64,000 nt of DNA from Eledone cirrhosa (lineage: Eukaryota), in assembly GCA_964016885.1 (NCBI GenBank), contig OZ024762.1:12276001-12340000 (forward strand), in the 5' to 3' direction. A program made the position numbers and the translations under genes. How positions within the stretch are numbered: the first letter of the stretch is position 1; every line of letters begins with the position of its first letter. Shown here one piece after another: positions 63,061 to 64,000 of the stretch. Below the pieces are notes generated by a model, which was not told where the DNA came from, did no database searches, and saw nothing but the letters and a program-made list of their open reading frames with translations.

Positions 63061-64000
63061 AATTCTACAGAGTCAAATAGTCATACTTATAGCTAAACAT
63101 TTTCCTTCTTTTTTAAAAAAGAAAAGAAACGGAAAGAAAGCAAGATAACACGACATATTCCGAGTGTTATCTCGTTTTCTTTCCGTTTCTCTTTCTATAT
63201 AAATATAACGGGATATATAGCCATTAAGGAACTGCTAGTGTTTTGTACATATATAACGGGATATACACGAATAGAAGCCAGGGAATATGTAGTAAGGGGT
63301 TGACTTATATAGGGAGTCAATAGTTTGACCATTTTCGCCAACTTCAAATTCTACATAAATAAGGTTCGCATTTTTGCCCACTTCTCAGACATAAGATAGG
63401 GAGGAGGGTCACCTTATATTCGAGTATTTTGTACATCTATTCTTGTTAGACTAGACCGGCATCATCATTGGTAGAGCACACCAGGTGCTACTGCGTTGAA
63501 CGAGACTAAGGCTGTGATGGTCCTCAGGGCACTGCTGTCAATTGTCTTTGTGAGAGGCCACGTTTCTGCTCCATAGAGGAGAAGACATGCATCTTTTCAG
63601 AACAATTAATATGTAGGTAACATAGCCTTAGAGAGATCTGTATTTGTAATAGTTAATATCGATTTGGGTAATCTTAAGACCATGATTCCAATCATCAATA
63701 TATGTATTGATTAAACCTAAATATAGTATATAAAGAAGTGGATTTTAAAATATGCAATGATAGTGTCGAGAGAAGGCTTAGTTAGTTACTTCTAACAATG
63801 TACCACTATGAATAAGACAGAAGGCGGTGTATGTAGATAGAATGTTTAGTTTTCCTGAGTATGAAGGGGTTTTAGTTATTATTCTTAGTAAAAAGATGGT
63901 TATATTATAAATATACGTCTCTAACATTCCTCCTGTATATGAAGGGTAGTGAAATATATTCTTGTGTCTCAGGAATAACTACGTGTTTATCGATGAATTT

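Larger units (their letters stand above)
62715..63265 (-). repeat. Right arm of the inverted segmental duplication
   Basis: Reverse complement of 53750-54320. Confidence 0.9.

Overview
This is eukaryotic, repeat-rich animal DNA, most likely a coleoid cephalopod (octopus-like). That inference rests on the dense tRNA-derived SINEs and microsatellites and a KRAB-less 'YHCDICGKSFS'-type C2H2 gene. Spliced genes reconstructed by hand on the + strand: (1) the 3' 21 exons of a divergent Dachs-like unconventional myosin (685-16510); (2) a complete 14-exon succinyl-CoA:3-oxoacid CoA-transferase OXCT1/SCOT (20526-41683), with a U12-type intron and an apparent alternative upstream promoter and first coding exon; (3) a 12-finger C2H2 zinc-finger gene (51502-52566). 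There is also a tRNA-Phe(GAA) variant and many SINE, RTE, CR1, Tx1, Vingi-like, mariner/piggyBac-type MITE and Penelope-like relics, several of the latter carrying hammerhead ribozyme cores inside fold-back palindromes. The most striking unexplained feature is at 53.7-63.3 kb. Two inverted, convergent copies of a cassette each contain a GC-rich, strongly structured ~155-165 nt Pol III-type RNA gene (TATA at -31, A/B-box-like motifs, 5'/3' panhandle, cUUCGg hairpin, T5 terminator) that I cannot assign to a known family. Each is followed by an ETS-motif Pol II promoter and a non-coding exon. The two cassettes flank a 3.7 kb self-complementary purine/pyrimidine-alternating satellite. Most ORFs in the supplied track are microsatellite artefacts.
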